NCBI GenBank assembly: GCA_964247055.1
Contig: OZ176050.1
Span: forward strand, 1,426,001 to 1,490,000
Direction: 5' to 3'
Source: Paragordius varius
Taxonomy: Eukaryota > Animalia > Nematomorpha
DNA: 64,000 bases
The notes below the pieces were generated by a model. That model had not been told where the DNA came from, ran no database searches, and worked only from the letters and a program-made list of their open reading frames with translations. A program made the position numbers and the translations under genes. How positions within the stretch are numbered: position 1 is the first letter of the stretch; each line of letters starts with the position of its first letter. Shown piece after piece: positions 1 to 12,810 of this stretch.

Positions 1-379
1 AAAAATCGGATATTGGTCACCGGTGAACAAAACTATATTTTATACATTCTCTTAGTAAGACTACATCAAAATATAGAGATAGTTTGACAAACTATTTCAC
101 ATCCGATTTTTACAACGATATTAAAAATTAATGTATAAAACTAGTCGTATCAATAAATCGCATCAATACTCAAGTTAAACTTTGTCCTTAAAAATCGGAT
201 ATTGGGCACCGGTGAACAAAATTATTTTTTTTACATCTCTTAGTAGGACTACATCAAAATATAGAGATAGTTTGGCAAACTCTTTCATATCCGATTTTTA
301 CAACGATACTTTAAAAATTAATGTATAAAACTAGTCGTATCAATAAATCGCATCAATACTCAAGTTAAACTTTGTCCTT

Positions 380-1638
380 AAAAATCGGATATTGGTCACC
401 GGTGAACAAAATTATTTTTTATACATTCTCTTAGCAAGACTACATCAAAATATAAAGATAGTTTGACAAACTCTTTCATATCCGATTTTTACAACGATAC
501 TTTAAAAATTAATGTATAAAACTAGTCGTATCAATAAATCGCATCAATACTCAAAGTAAACTTTGTCCTTAAAAATCGGATATTGGTCACCGGTGAACAA
601 AATTATTTTTTATACATTCTCTTAGTAAGACTACATCAAAATATAGAGATAGTTTGGCAAACTCTTTCATATCCGATTTTTACAACGATACTTTAAAAAT
701 TATGGTATTAAACCAGTCGCATCAATACTCAAGTTAAACTTTGTCCTTAAAAATCGGATATTGGTCACCGGTGAACAAAATTATTTTTTATACATTCTCT
801 TAGTAAGACTACATCAAAATATAGAGATAGTTTGACAAATTCATTCATATCCGATTTTTACAACGATATTTTAAAAATTATTAAAACTAGTCGCATCAAT
901 ACTCAAGTTAAACTTTGTCCTTAAAAATCGAATATACCGGTGAACAAAATTATTTTTTATACATTCTCTTAGTAGGACTACATCAAAATATAGAGATAGT
1001 TTGACAAACTCTTTCATATCCGATTTTTACAACGATACTTTAAAAATTAATGTATAAAACTAGTCGCATCAATACTCAAGTTAAACATTGTCCTTAAAAA
1101 TCGGATATTGGTCACCGGTGAACAAAACTATTTTTTATACATTCTCTTAGTAAGACTACATCAAAATATAGAGATAGTTTGACAAACTCTTTCACATCCG
1201 ATTTTTACAACGATACTTTAAAAATTAATGTATAAAACTAGTCGTATCAATAAATCGCATCAATACTCAAGTTAAACTTTGTCCTTAAAAATCGGATATT
1301 GGTCACCGGTTAACAAAATTATTTTTTATACATTCTCTTAGTAGGACTACATCAAAATATAGAGATTTGGCAAACTCTTTCTATCCGATTTTTACAACGA
1401 TACTTTAAAAATTAATGTATAAAACTAGTCGCATCAATACTCAAGTTAAACTTTGTCCTTAAAAATCGGATATTTGGCACCGGTGAACAAAATTATTTTT
1501 TATACATTCTCTTAGTAGGACTACATCAAAATATAGAGATAGTTTGGCAAACTCTTTCATATCCGATTTTTACAACGATACTTTAAAAATTAATGTATAA
1601 AACTAGTCGCATCAATACTCAGGTTAAACTTTGTCCTT
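380..1638 (+). repeat. 7-monomer block duplicated at 5505-6763 (offset 5125)
   Basis: Same ordered rare variants in both copies: ctcaaagtaaac, aaattcattcat with attattaaaact, aatataccgg, ccggttaac with gagatttggc and ctttctatcc, and tatttggcac. Confidence 0.9.
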
Positions 1639-3655
1639 AAAAATCGGATATTGGTCATCTGTGAACAAAATTATTTTTTATACATTCTTTTAGCAAGACT
1701 ACATCAAAATATAAAGATAGTTTGACAAACTCTTTCATATCCGATTTTTACAACGATACTTTAAAAATTAATGTATAAAACTAGTCGTATCAATAAATCG
1801 CATCAATACTCAAGTTAAACTTTGTCCTTAAAAATCGGATATTGGTCACCGGTGAACAAAATTATTTTTTATACATTCTCTTAGTAGGACTACATCAAAA
1901 TATAGAGATAGTTTGGCAAACTCTTTCATATCCGATTTTTACAACGATACTTTAAAAATTATGGTATTAAACCAGTCGCATCAATACTCAAGTTAAACTT
2001 TGTCCTTAAAAATCGGATATTGGTCACCGGTGAACAAAATTATTTTTTATACATTCTCTTAGTAACACTACATCAAAATATAGAGATAGTTTGACAAACT
2101 CTTTCATATCCGATTTTTACAACGATACTTTAATAATTAATGTATTAAACTAGTCGCATCAATACTCTAGCTAAACATTGTCCTTAAAAATCGGATATTG
2201 GTCACCGGTGAACAAAACTATTTTTTATACATTCTCTTAGTAAGACTACATCAAAATATAGAGATAGTTTGACAAACTCTTTCACATCCGATTTTTACAA
2301 CGATATTAAAAATTAATGTATAAAACTAGTCGTATCAATAAATCGCATCAATACTCAAGTTAAACTTTGTCCTTAAAAATCGGATATTGGTCACCGGTGA
2401 ACAAAATTATTTTTTATACATTCTCTTAGTAGGACTACATCAAAATATAGAGATAGTTTGGCAAACACTTGCATATCCGATTTTTACAACGATACTTTAA
2501 AAATTAATGTATAAAACTAGTCGCATCAATACTCAAGTTAAACTTTGTCCTTAAAAATCGGATATTGGGCACCGGTGAACAAAATTATTTTTTATACATC
2601 TCTTAGTAGGACCATATCAAAATATAGAGATAGTTTGGCAAACTCTTTCAGATCCGATTTTTACAACGATACTTTAAAAATTAATGTATAAAACTAGTCG
2701 TATCAATAAATCGCATCAATACTCAAGTTAAACTTTGTCCTTAAAAATCGGATATTGGTCACCGGTGAACAAAATTATTTTTTATACATTCTCTTAGTAA
2801 GACTACATCAAAATATAGAGATAGTTTGACAAACTCTTTCATATCCGATTTTTACAACGATACTTTAATAATTAATGTATTAAACTAGTCGCATCAATAC
2901 TCTAGCTAAACATTGTCCTTAAAAATCGGATATTGGTCACCGGTGAACAAAACTATTTTTTATACATTCTCTTAGTAAGACTACATCAAAATATAGAGAT
3001 AGTTTGACAAACTTTTTCACATCCGATTTTTACAACGATATTAAAAATTAATGTATAAAACTAGTCGTATCAATAAATCGCATCAATACTCAAGTTAAAC
3101 TTTGTCCTTAAAAATCGGATATTGGTCACCGGTGAACAAAATTATTTTTTATACATTCTCTTAGTAGGACTACATCAAAATATAGAGATAGTTTGGCAAA
3201 CTCTTTCATATCCGATTTTTACAACGATACTTTAAAAATTAATGTATAAAACTAGTCGCATCAATACTCAAGTTAAACTTTGTCCTTAAAAATCGGATAT
3301 TGGGCACCGGTGAACAAAATTATTTTTTATACATCTCTTAGTAGGACTACATCAAAATATAGAGATAGTTTGGCAAACTCTTTCATATGCGATTTTTACA
3401 ACGATACTTTAAAAATTAATGTATAAAACTAGTCGTATCAATAAATCGCATCAATACTCAAGTTAAACTTTGTCCTTAAAAATCGGATATTGGTCACCGG
3501 TGAACAAAATTATTTTTTATACATTCTCTTAGTAGGACTACATCAAAATATCGAGATAGTTTGGCAAACTCTTTCATATCCGATTTTTACAACGATACTT
3601 TAAAAATTAATGTATAAAACTAGTCGCATCAATACTCAAGTTAAACTTTGTCCTT

Positions 3656-5504
3656 AAAAATCGGATATTGGGCACCGGTGAACAAAATTATTTTTTATAC
3701 ATCTCTTAGTAGGACTACATCAAAATATAGAGATAGTTTGGCAAACTCTTTCATATGCGATTTTTACAACGATACTTTAAAAATTAATGTATAAAACTAG
3801 TCGTATCAATAAATCGCATCAATACTCAAGTTAAACTTTGTCCTTAAAAATCGGATATTGGTCACCGGTGAACAAAATTATTTTTTATACATTCTCTTAG
3901 CAAGACTACATCAAAATATAAAGATAGTTTGACAAACTCTTTCATATCCGATTTTTACAACGATACTTTAAAAATTAATGTATAAAACTAGTCGTATCAA
4001 TAAATCGCATCAATACTCAAGTTAAACTTTGTCCTTAAAAATCGGATATTGGTCACCGGTGAACAAAATTATTTTTTATACATTCTCTTAGTAGGACTAC
4101 ATCAAAATATAGAGATAGTTTAGCAAACTCTTTCATATCCGATTTTTACAACGATACTTTAAAAATTAATGTATAAAACTAGTCGCATCAATACTCAAGT
4201 TAAACTTTGTCCTTAAAAATCGGATATTGGGCACCGGTGAACAAAATTATTTTTTATACATCTCTTAGTAGGACTACATCAAAATATAGAGATAGTTTGG
4301 CAAACTCTTTCATATCCGATTTTTACAACGATACTTTAAAAATTAATGTATAAAACTAGTCGTATCAATAAATCGCATCAATACTCAAGTTAAACTTTGT
4401 CCTTAAAAATCGGATATTGGTCACCGGTGAACAAAATTATTTTTTATACATTCTCTTAGCAAGACTACATCAAAATATAAAGATAGTTTGACAAACTCTT
4501 TCATATCCGATTTTTACAACGATACTTTAAAAATTAATGTATAAAACTAGTCGTATCAATAAATCGCATCAATACTCAAGTTAAACTTTGTCCTTAAAAA
4601 TCGGATATTGGTCACCGGTGAACAAAATTATTTTTTATACATTCTCTTAGTAGGACTACATCAAAATATAGAGATAGTTTGGCAAACTCTTGCATATCCG
4701 ATTTTTACAACGATACTTTAAAAATTAATGTATAAAACTAGTCGCATCAATACTCAAGTTAAACTTTGTCCTTAAAAATCGGATATTGGGCACCGGTGAA
4801 CCAAATTATTTTTTATACATCTCTTAGTAGGACTACATCAAAATATAGAGATAGTTTGGCAAACTCTTTCATATCCGATTTTTACAACGATACTTTAAAA
4901 ATTAATGTATAAAACTAGTCGTATCAATAAATCGCATCAATACTCAAGTTAAACTTTGTCCTTAAAAATCGGATATTGGTCACCGGTGAACAAAATTATT
5001 TTTTATACATTCTCTTAGTAAGACTACATCAAAATATAGAGATAGTTTGACAAACTCTTTCATATCCGATTTTTACAACGATACTTTAATAATTAATGTA
5101 TTAAACTAGTCGCATCAATACTCTAGCTAAACATTGTCCTTAAAAATCGGATATTGGTCACCGGTGAACAAAACTATTTTTTATACATTCTCTTAGTAAG
5201 ACTACATCAAAATATAGAGATAGTTTGACAAACTTTTTCACATCCGATTTTTACAACGATATTAAAAATTAATGTATAAAACTAGTCGTATCAATAAATC
5301 GCATCAATACTCAAGTTAAACTTTGTCCTTAAAAATCGGATATTGGTCACCGGTGAACAAAATTATTTTTTATACATTCTCTTAGTAGGACTACATCAAT
5401 AGAGATAGTTTGGCAAACTCTTTCATATCCGATTTTTACAACGATACTTTAAAAATTAATGTATAAAACTAGTCGCATCAATACTCAAGTTAAACTTTGT
5501 CCTT
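3656..5504 (+). repeat. 10-monomer block (1849 bp) duplicated at 18249-20097 (offset 14593), with an internal 559-bp trimer period
   Basis: Shared ordered markers: atatgcgat, tttagc, cttgcat, catcaatagag. Monomer lengths run 190/191/178 in repetition. Confidence 0.9.
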
Positions 5505-8500
5505 AAAAATCGGATATTGGGCACCGGTGAACAAAATTATTTTTTATACATTCTCTTAGCAAGACTACATCAAAATATAAAGATAGTTTGACAAACTCTT
5601 TCATATCCGATTTTTACAACGATACTTTAAAAATTAATGTATAAAACTAGTCGTATCAATAAATCGCATCAATACTCAAAGTAAACTTTGTCCTTAAAAA
5701 TCGGATATTGGTCACCGGTGAACAAAATTATTTCTTATACATTCTCTTAGTAAGACTACATCAAAATATAGAGATAGTTTGGCAAACTCTTTCATATCCG
5801 ATTTTTACAACGATACTTTAAAAATTATGGTATTAAACCAGTCGCATCAATACTCAAGTTAAACTTTGTCCTTAAAAATCGGATATTGGTCACCGGTGAA
5901 CAAAATTATTTTTTATACGTTCTCTTAGTAAGACTACATCAAAATATAGAGATAGTTTGACAAATTCATTCATATCCGATTTTTACAACGATATTTTAAA
6001 AATTATTAAAACTAGTCGCATCAATACTCAAGTTAAACTTTGTCCTTAAAAATCGAATATACCGGTGAACAAAATTATTTTTTATACATTCTCTTAGTAG
6101 GACTACATCAAAATATAGAGATAGTTTGACAAACTCTTTCATATCCGATTTTTACAACGATACTTTAAAAATTAATGTATAAAACTAGTCGCATCAATAC
6201 TCAAGTTAAACATTGTCCTTAAAAATCGGATATTGGTCACCGGTGAACAAAACTATTTTTTATACATTCTCTTAGTAAGACTACATCAAAATATAGAGAT
6301 AGTTTGACAAACTCTTTCACATCCGATTTTTACAACGATACTTTAAAAATTAATGTATAAAACTAGTCGTATCAATAAATCGCATCAATACACAAGTTAA
6401 ACTTTGTCCTTAAAAATCGGATATTGGTCACCGGTTAACAAAATTATTTTTTATACATTCTCTTAGTAGGACTACATCAAAATATAGAGATTTGGCAAAC
6501 TCTTTCTATCCGATTTTTACAACGATATTTTAAAAATTAATGTATAAAACTAGTCGCATCAATACTCAAGTTAAACTTTGTCCTTAAAAATCGGATATTT
6601 GGCACCGGTGAACAAAATTATTTTTTATACATTCTCTTAGTAGGACTACATCAAAATATAGAGATAGTTTGGCAAACTCTTTCATATCCGATTTTTACAA
6701 CGATACTTTAAAAATTAATGTATAAAACTAGTCGCATCAATACTCAGGTTAAACTTTGTCCTTAAAAATCGGATATTGGTCACCGGTGAACAAAATTATT
6801 TTTTATACATTCTGTTAGTAAGACTACATCAAAATATAGAGATAGTTTGGCAAACTCTTTCATATACGATTTTTACAACGATACTTTAAAAATTAATGTA
6901 TAAAACTAGTCGTATCAATAAATCGCATCAATACTCAAGTTAAACTTTGTCCTTAAAAATCGGATATTGGTCACCGGTGAACAAAATTATTTTTTATACA
7001 TTCTCTTAGCAAGACTACATCAAAATATAAAGATAGTTTGACAAACTCTTTCATATCCGATTTTTACAACGATACTTTAAAAATTAATGTATAAAACTAG
7101 TCGTATCAATAAATCGCATCAATACTCAAGTTAAACTTTGTCCTTAAAAATCGAATATTGGTCACCGGTGAACAAAATTATTTTTTATACATTCTCTTAG
7201 TAGGACTACATCAAAATATAGAGATAGTTTGGCAAACTCTTTCATATCCGATTTTTACAACGATACTTTAAAAATTATGGTATTAAACCAGTCGCATCAA
7301 TACTCAAGTTAAACTTTGTCCTTAAAAATCGGATATTGGTCACCGGGGAACAAAATTATTTTTTATACATTCTCTTAGTAAGACTACATCAAAATATAGA
7401 GATAGTTTGACAAACTCTTTCATATCCGATTTTTACAACGATACTTTAATAATTAATGTATTAAACTAGTCGCATCAATACTCTAGCTAAACATTGTCCT
7501 TAAAAATCGGATATTTGGCACCGGTGAACAAAATTATTTTTTATACATTCTCTTAGTAGGACTACATCAAAATATAGAGATAGTTTGGCAAACTCTTTCA
7601 TATCCGATTTTTACAACGATACTTTAAAAATTAATGTATAAAACTAGTCGCATCAATACTCAGGTTAAACTTTGTCCTTAAAAATCGGATATTGGTCACC
7701 GGTGAACAAAATTATTTTTTATACATTCTGTTAGTAAGACTACATCAAAATATAGAGATAGTTTGGCAAACTCTTTCATATACGATTTTTACAACGATAC
7801 TTTAAAAATTAATGTATAAAACTAGTCGTATCAATAAATCGCATCAATACTCAAGTTAAACTTTGTCCTTAAAAATCGGATATTGGTCACCGGTGAACAA
7901 AATTATTTTTTATACATTCTCTTAGTAAGACTACATCAAAATATAGAGATAGTTTGACAAACTCTTTCACATTCGATTTTTACAACGATATTAAAAATTA
8001 ATGTATAAAACTAGTCGTATCAATAAATCGCATCAATACTCAAGTTAAACTTTGTCCTTAAAAATCGGATATTGGTCACCGGTGAACAAAATTATTTTTT
8101 ATACATTCTCTTAGTAGGACTACATCAAAATATAGAGATAGTTTGGCAAACTCTTTCATATCCGATTTTTACAACGATACTTTAAAAATTAATGTATAAA
8201 ACTAGTCGCATCAATACTCAAGTTAAACATTGTCCTTAAAAATCGGATATTGGTCACCGGTGAACAAAACTATTTTTTATACATTCTCTTAGTAAGACTA
8301 CATCAAAATATAGAGATAGTTTGACAAACTCTTTCACATCCGATTTTTACAACGATACTTTAAAAATTAATGTATAAAACTAGTCGTATCAATAAATCGC
8401 ATCAATACTCAAGTTAAACTTTGTCCTTAAAAATCGGATATTGGTCACCGGTGAACAAAATTATTTTTTATACATTCTCTTAGTAGGACTACATCAAAAT

Positions 8501-9889
8501 ATAGAGATAGTTTGGCAAACTCTTTCATATCCGATTTTTACAACGATACTTTAAAAATTAATGTATAAAACTAGTCGCATCAATACTCAAGTTAAACTTT
8601 GTCCTTAAAAATCGGAAATTTGGCACCGGTGAACAAAATTATTTTTTATACATTCTCTTAGTAGGACTACATCAAAATATAGAGATAGTTTGGCAAACTC
8701 TTTCATATCCGATTTTTACAACGATACTTTAAAAATTAATGTATAAAACTAGTCGCATCAATACTCAGGTTAAACTTTGTCCTTAAAAATCGGATATTGG
8801 TCACCGGTGAACAAAATTATTTTTTATACATTCTGTTAGTAAGACTACATCAAAATATAGAGATAGTTTGGCAAACTCTTTCATATCCGATTTTTACAAC
8901 GATACTTTAAAAATCAATGTATAAAACTAGTCGTATCAATAAATCGCATCAATACTCAAGTTAAACTTTGTCCTTAAAAATCGGATATTGGTCACCGGTG
9001 AACAAAATTATTTTTTATACATTCTCTTAGTAGGACTACATCAAAATATAGAGATAGTTTGGCAAACTCTTTCATATCCGATTTTTACAACGATACTTTA
9101 AAAATTATGGTATTAAACCAGTCGCATCAATACTCAAGTTAAACTTTGTCCTTAAAAATCGGATATTGGTCACCGGTGAACAAAATTATTTTTTATACAT
9201 TCTCTTAGTAAGACTACATCAAAATATAGAGATAGTTTGACAAACTCTTTCATATCCGATTTTTACAACGATACTTTAATAATTAATGTATTAAACTAGT
9301 CGCATCAATACTCTAGCTAAACATTGTCCTTAAAAATCGGATATTGGTCACCGGTGAACAAAACTATTTTTTATACATTCTCTTAGTAAGACTACATCAA
9401 AATATAGAGATAGTTTGACAAACTCTTTCACATTCGATTTTTACAACGATATTAAAAATTAATGTATAAAACTAGTCGTATCAATAAATCGCATCAATAC
9501 TCAAGTTAAACTTTGTCCTTAAAAATCGGATATTGGTCACCGGTGAACAAAATTATTTTTTATACATTCTCTTAGTAGGACTACATCAAAATATAGAGAT
9601 AGTTTGGCAAACTCTTTCATATCCGATTTTTACAACGATACTTTAAAAATTAATGTATAAAACTAGTCGCATCAATACTCAAGTTAAACATTGTCCTTAA
9701 AAATCGGATATTGGTCACCGGTGAACAAAACTATTTTTTATACATTCTCTTAGTAAGACTACATCAAAATATAGAGATAGTTTGACAAACTCTTTCACAT
9801 CCGATTTTTACAACGATACTTTAAAAATTAATGTATAAAACTAGTCGTATCAATAAATCGCATCAATACTCAAGTTAAACTTTGTCCTT

Positions 9890-10080
9890 AAAAATCGGAT
9901 ATTGGTCACCGGTGAACAAAACTATTTTTTATACATTCTCTTAGTAAGACTACATCAAAATATAGAGATAGTTTGACAAACTCTTTCACATCCGATTTTT
10001 ACAACGATACTTTAAAAATTAATGTATAAAACTAGTCGTATCAATAAATCGCATCAATACTCAAGTTAAACTTTGTCCTT
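9890..10080 (+). repeat. Reference 191-bp monomer (13-bp insertion tatcaataaatcg)
   Basis: Reads actagtcg-tatcaataaatcg-catcaatac versus actagtcg-catcaatac in 178-bp monomers. The preceding monomer (9699-9889) is an identical tandem copy. Confidence 0.95.
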
Positions 10081-10192
10081 AAAAATCGGATATTGGTCAC
10101 CGGTGAACAAAATTATTTTTTATACATTCTCTTAGTAGGACTACATCAAAATATAGAGATAGTTTGGCAAACTCTTTCATATCCGATTTTTA
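10080..10192. other. Perfect 14-bp inverted repeat pair in each consensus monomer (example copy)
   Basis: taaaaatcggatat (10080-10093) is the exact reverse complement of atatccgattttta (10179-10192). Spacers are 85 bp within a monomer and 65 bp across the monomer junction. Confidence 0.95.
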
Positions 10193-10258
10193 CAACGATA
10201 CTTTAAAAATTAATGTATAAAACTAGTCGCATCAATACTCAAGTTAAACTTTGTCCTT
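10081..10258 (+). repeat. Reference 178-bp monomer (G-type: agtagg / tttggc)
   Basis: Starts with aaaaatcgga at 10081; the next monomer starts at 10259. Matches the consensus except for A>G at monomer positions 58 and 87. Confidence 0.97.
10093..10110. other. 18-bp near-perfect palindrome in each consensus monomer (example copy)
   Basis: ttggtcaccggtgaacaa: perfect 10-bp core tcaccggtga, one mismatched pair, then ttg/caa. It contains AgeI (accggt) and BstEII (ggtcacc) sites. Confidence 0.95.
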
Positions 10259-11334
10259 AAAAATCGGATATTTGGCACCGGTGAACAAAATTATTTTTTA
10301 TACATTCTCTTAGTAGGACTACATCAAAATATAGAGATAGTTTGGCAAACTCTTTCATATCCGATTTTTACAACGATACTTTAAAAATTAATGTATAAAA
10401 CTAGTCGCATCAATACTCAGGTTAAACTTTGTCCTTAAAAATCGGATATTGGTCACCGGTGAACAAAATTATTTTTTATACATTCTCTTAGTAGGACTAC
10501 ATCAAAATATAGAGATAGTTTGGCAAACTCTTTCATATCCGATTTTTACATCGATACTTTAAAAATTATGGTATTAAACCAGTCGCATCAATACTCAAGT
10601 TAAACTTTGTCCTTAAAAATCGGATATTGGTCACCGGTGAACAAAATTATTTTTTATACATTCTCTTAGTAAGACTACATCAAAATATAGAGATAGTTTG
10701 ACAAACTCTTTCATATCCGATTTTTACAACGATACTTTAATAATTAATGTATTAAACTAGTCGCATCAATACTCTAGCTAAACATTGTCCTTAAAAATCG
10801 GATATTGGTCACCGGTGAACAAAACTATTTTTTATACATTCTCTTAGTAACTACATCAAAATATAGAGATAGTTTGACAAACTCTTTCACATCCGATTTT
10901 TACAACGATATTAAAAATTAATGTATAAAACTAGTCGTATCAATAAATCGCATCAATACTCAAGTTAAACTTTGTCCTTAAAAATCGGATATTGGTCACC
11001 GGTGAACAAAATTATTTTTTATACATTCTCTTAGTAGGACTACATCAAAATATAGAGATAGTTTGGCAAACTCTTTCATATCCGATTTTTACAACGATAC
11101 TTTAAAAATTAATGTATAAAACTAGTCGCATCAATACTCAAGTTAAACTTTGTCCTTAAAAATCGGATATTGGGCACCGGTGAACAAAATTATTTTTTAT
11201 ACATCTCTTAGTAGGACTACATCAAAATATAGAGATAGTTTGGCAAACTCTTTCATATCCGATTTTTACAACGATACTTTAAAAATTAATGTATAAAACT
11301 AGTCGCATCAATACTCAAGTTAAACTTTTTCCTT

Positions 11335-12810
11335 AAAAATCGGATATTGGTCGCCGGTGAACAAAATTATTTTTTATACATTCTGTTAGTAAGACTACAT
11401 CAAAATATAGAGATAGTTTGGCAAACTCTTTCATATCCGATTTTTACAACGATACTTTAAAAATTAATGTATAAAACTAGTCGTATCAATAAATCGCATC
11501 AATACTCAAGTTAAACTTTGTCCTTAAAAATCGGATATTGGTCACCGGTGAACAAAATTATTTTTTATACATTCTCTTAGCAAGACTACATCAAAATAAA
11601 AAAATAGTTTGACAAACTCTTTCATATCCGATTTTTACAACGATACTTTAAAAATTAATGTATAAAACTAGTCGTATCAATAAATCGCATCAATACTCAA
11701 GTTAAACTTTGTCCTTAAAAATCGGATATTGGTCACCGGTAAACAAAATTATTTTTTATACATTCTCTTAGTAGGACTACATCAAAATATAGAGATAGTT
11801 TGGCAAACTCTTTCATATCCGATTTTTACAACGATACTTTAAAAATTAATGTATAAAACTAGTCGCATCAATACTCAAGTTAAACTTTGTCCTTAAAAAT
11901 CGGATATTGGTCACCGGTGAACAAAATTATTTTTTATACATTCTCTTAGTAAGACTACATCAAAATATAGAAATAGTTTGACAAACTCTTTCCTATCCGA
12001 TTTTTACAACGATACTTTAAAAATTAATGTATTAAACTAGTCGCATCAATACTCAAGTTAAACTTTTTCCTTAAAAATCGGATATTGATCACCGGTGAAC
12101 AAAATTATTTTTTATACATTCTGTTAGTAAGACTACATCAAAATATAGAGATAGTTTGGCAAACTCTTTCATATCCGATTTTTACAACGATACTTTAAAA
12201 ATTAATGTATAAAACTAGTCGTATCAATAAATCGCATCAATACTCAAGTTAAACTTTGTCCTTAAAAATCGGATATTGGTCACCGGTGAACAAAATTATT
12301 TTTTATACATTCTCTTAGCAAGACTACATCAAAATAAAAAAATAGTTTGACAAACTCTTTCATATCCGATTTTTACAACGATACTTTAAAAATTAATGTA
12401 TAAAACTAGTCGTATCAATAAATCGCATCAATACTCAAGTTAAACTTTGTCCTTAAAAATCGGATATTGGTCACCGGTAAACAAAATTATTTTTTATACA
12501 TTCTCTTAGTAGGACTACATCAAAATATAGAGATAGTTTGGCAAACTCTTTCATATCCGATTTTTACAACGATACTTTAAAAATTAATGTATAAAACTAG
12601 TCGCATCAATACTCAAGTTAAACTTTGTCCTTAAAAATCGGATATTGGTCACCGGTGAACAAAATTATTTTTTATACATTCTCTTAGTAAGACTACATCA
12701 AAATATAGAAATAGTTTGACAAACTCTTTCCTATCCGATTTTTACAACGATACTTTAAAAATTAATGTATTAAACTAGTCGCATCAATACTCAAGTTAAA
12801 CTTTGTCCTT
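11335..12810 (+). repeat. 4-monomer unit (738 bp), two tandem copies
   Basis: 11335-12072 and 12073-12810 both read: attctgtt/191, aaaataaaaaaat/191, ccggtaaac/178, ttcctatcc/178. Confidence 0.9.

Noticed and set aside
10081-10258. Phased A-tracts giving strong intrinsic curvature
   Set aside because: A/T tracts start at monomer positions 1, 29, 36, 68, 107, 122 and 139, which is not a convincing 10-11 bp phase. A curvature calculation would be needed.
10081-10258. Monomer derived from two about 89-bp half-repeats
   Set aside because: The halves do not align in direct orientation. Only short shared words such as catcaa occur, as expected in AT-rich DNA.
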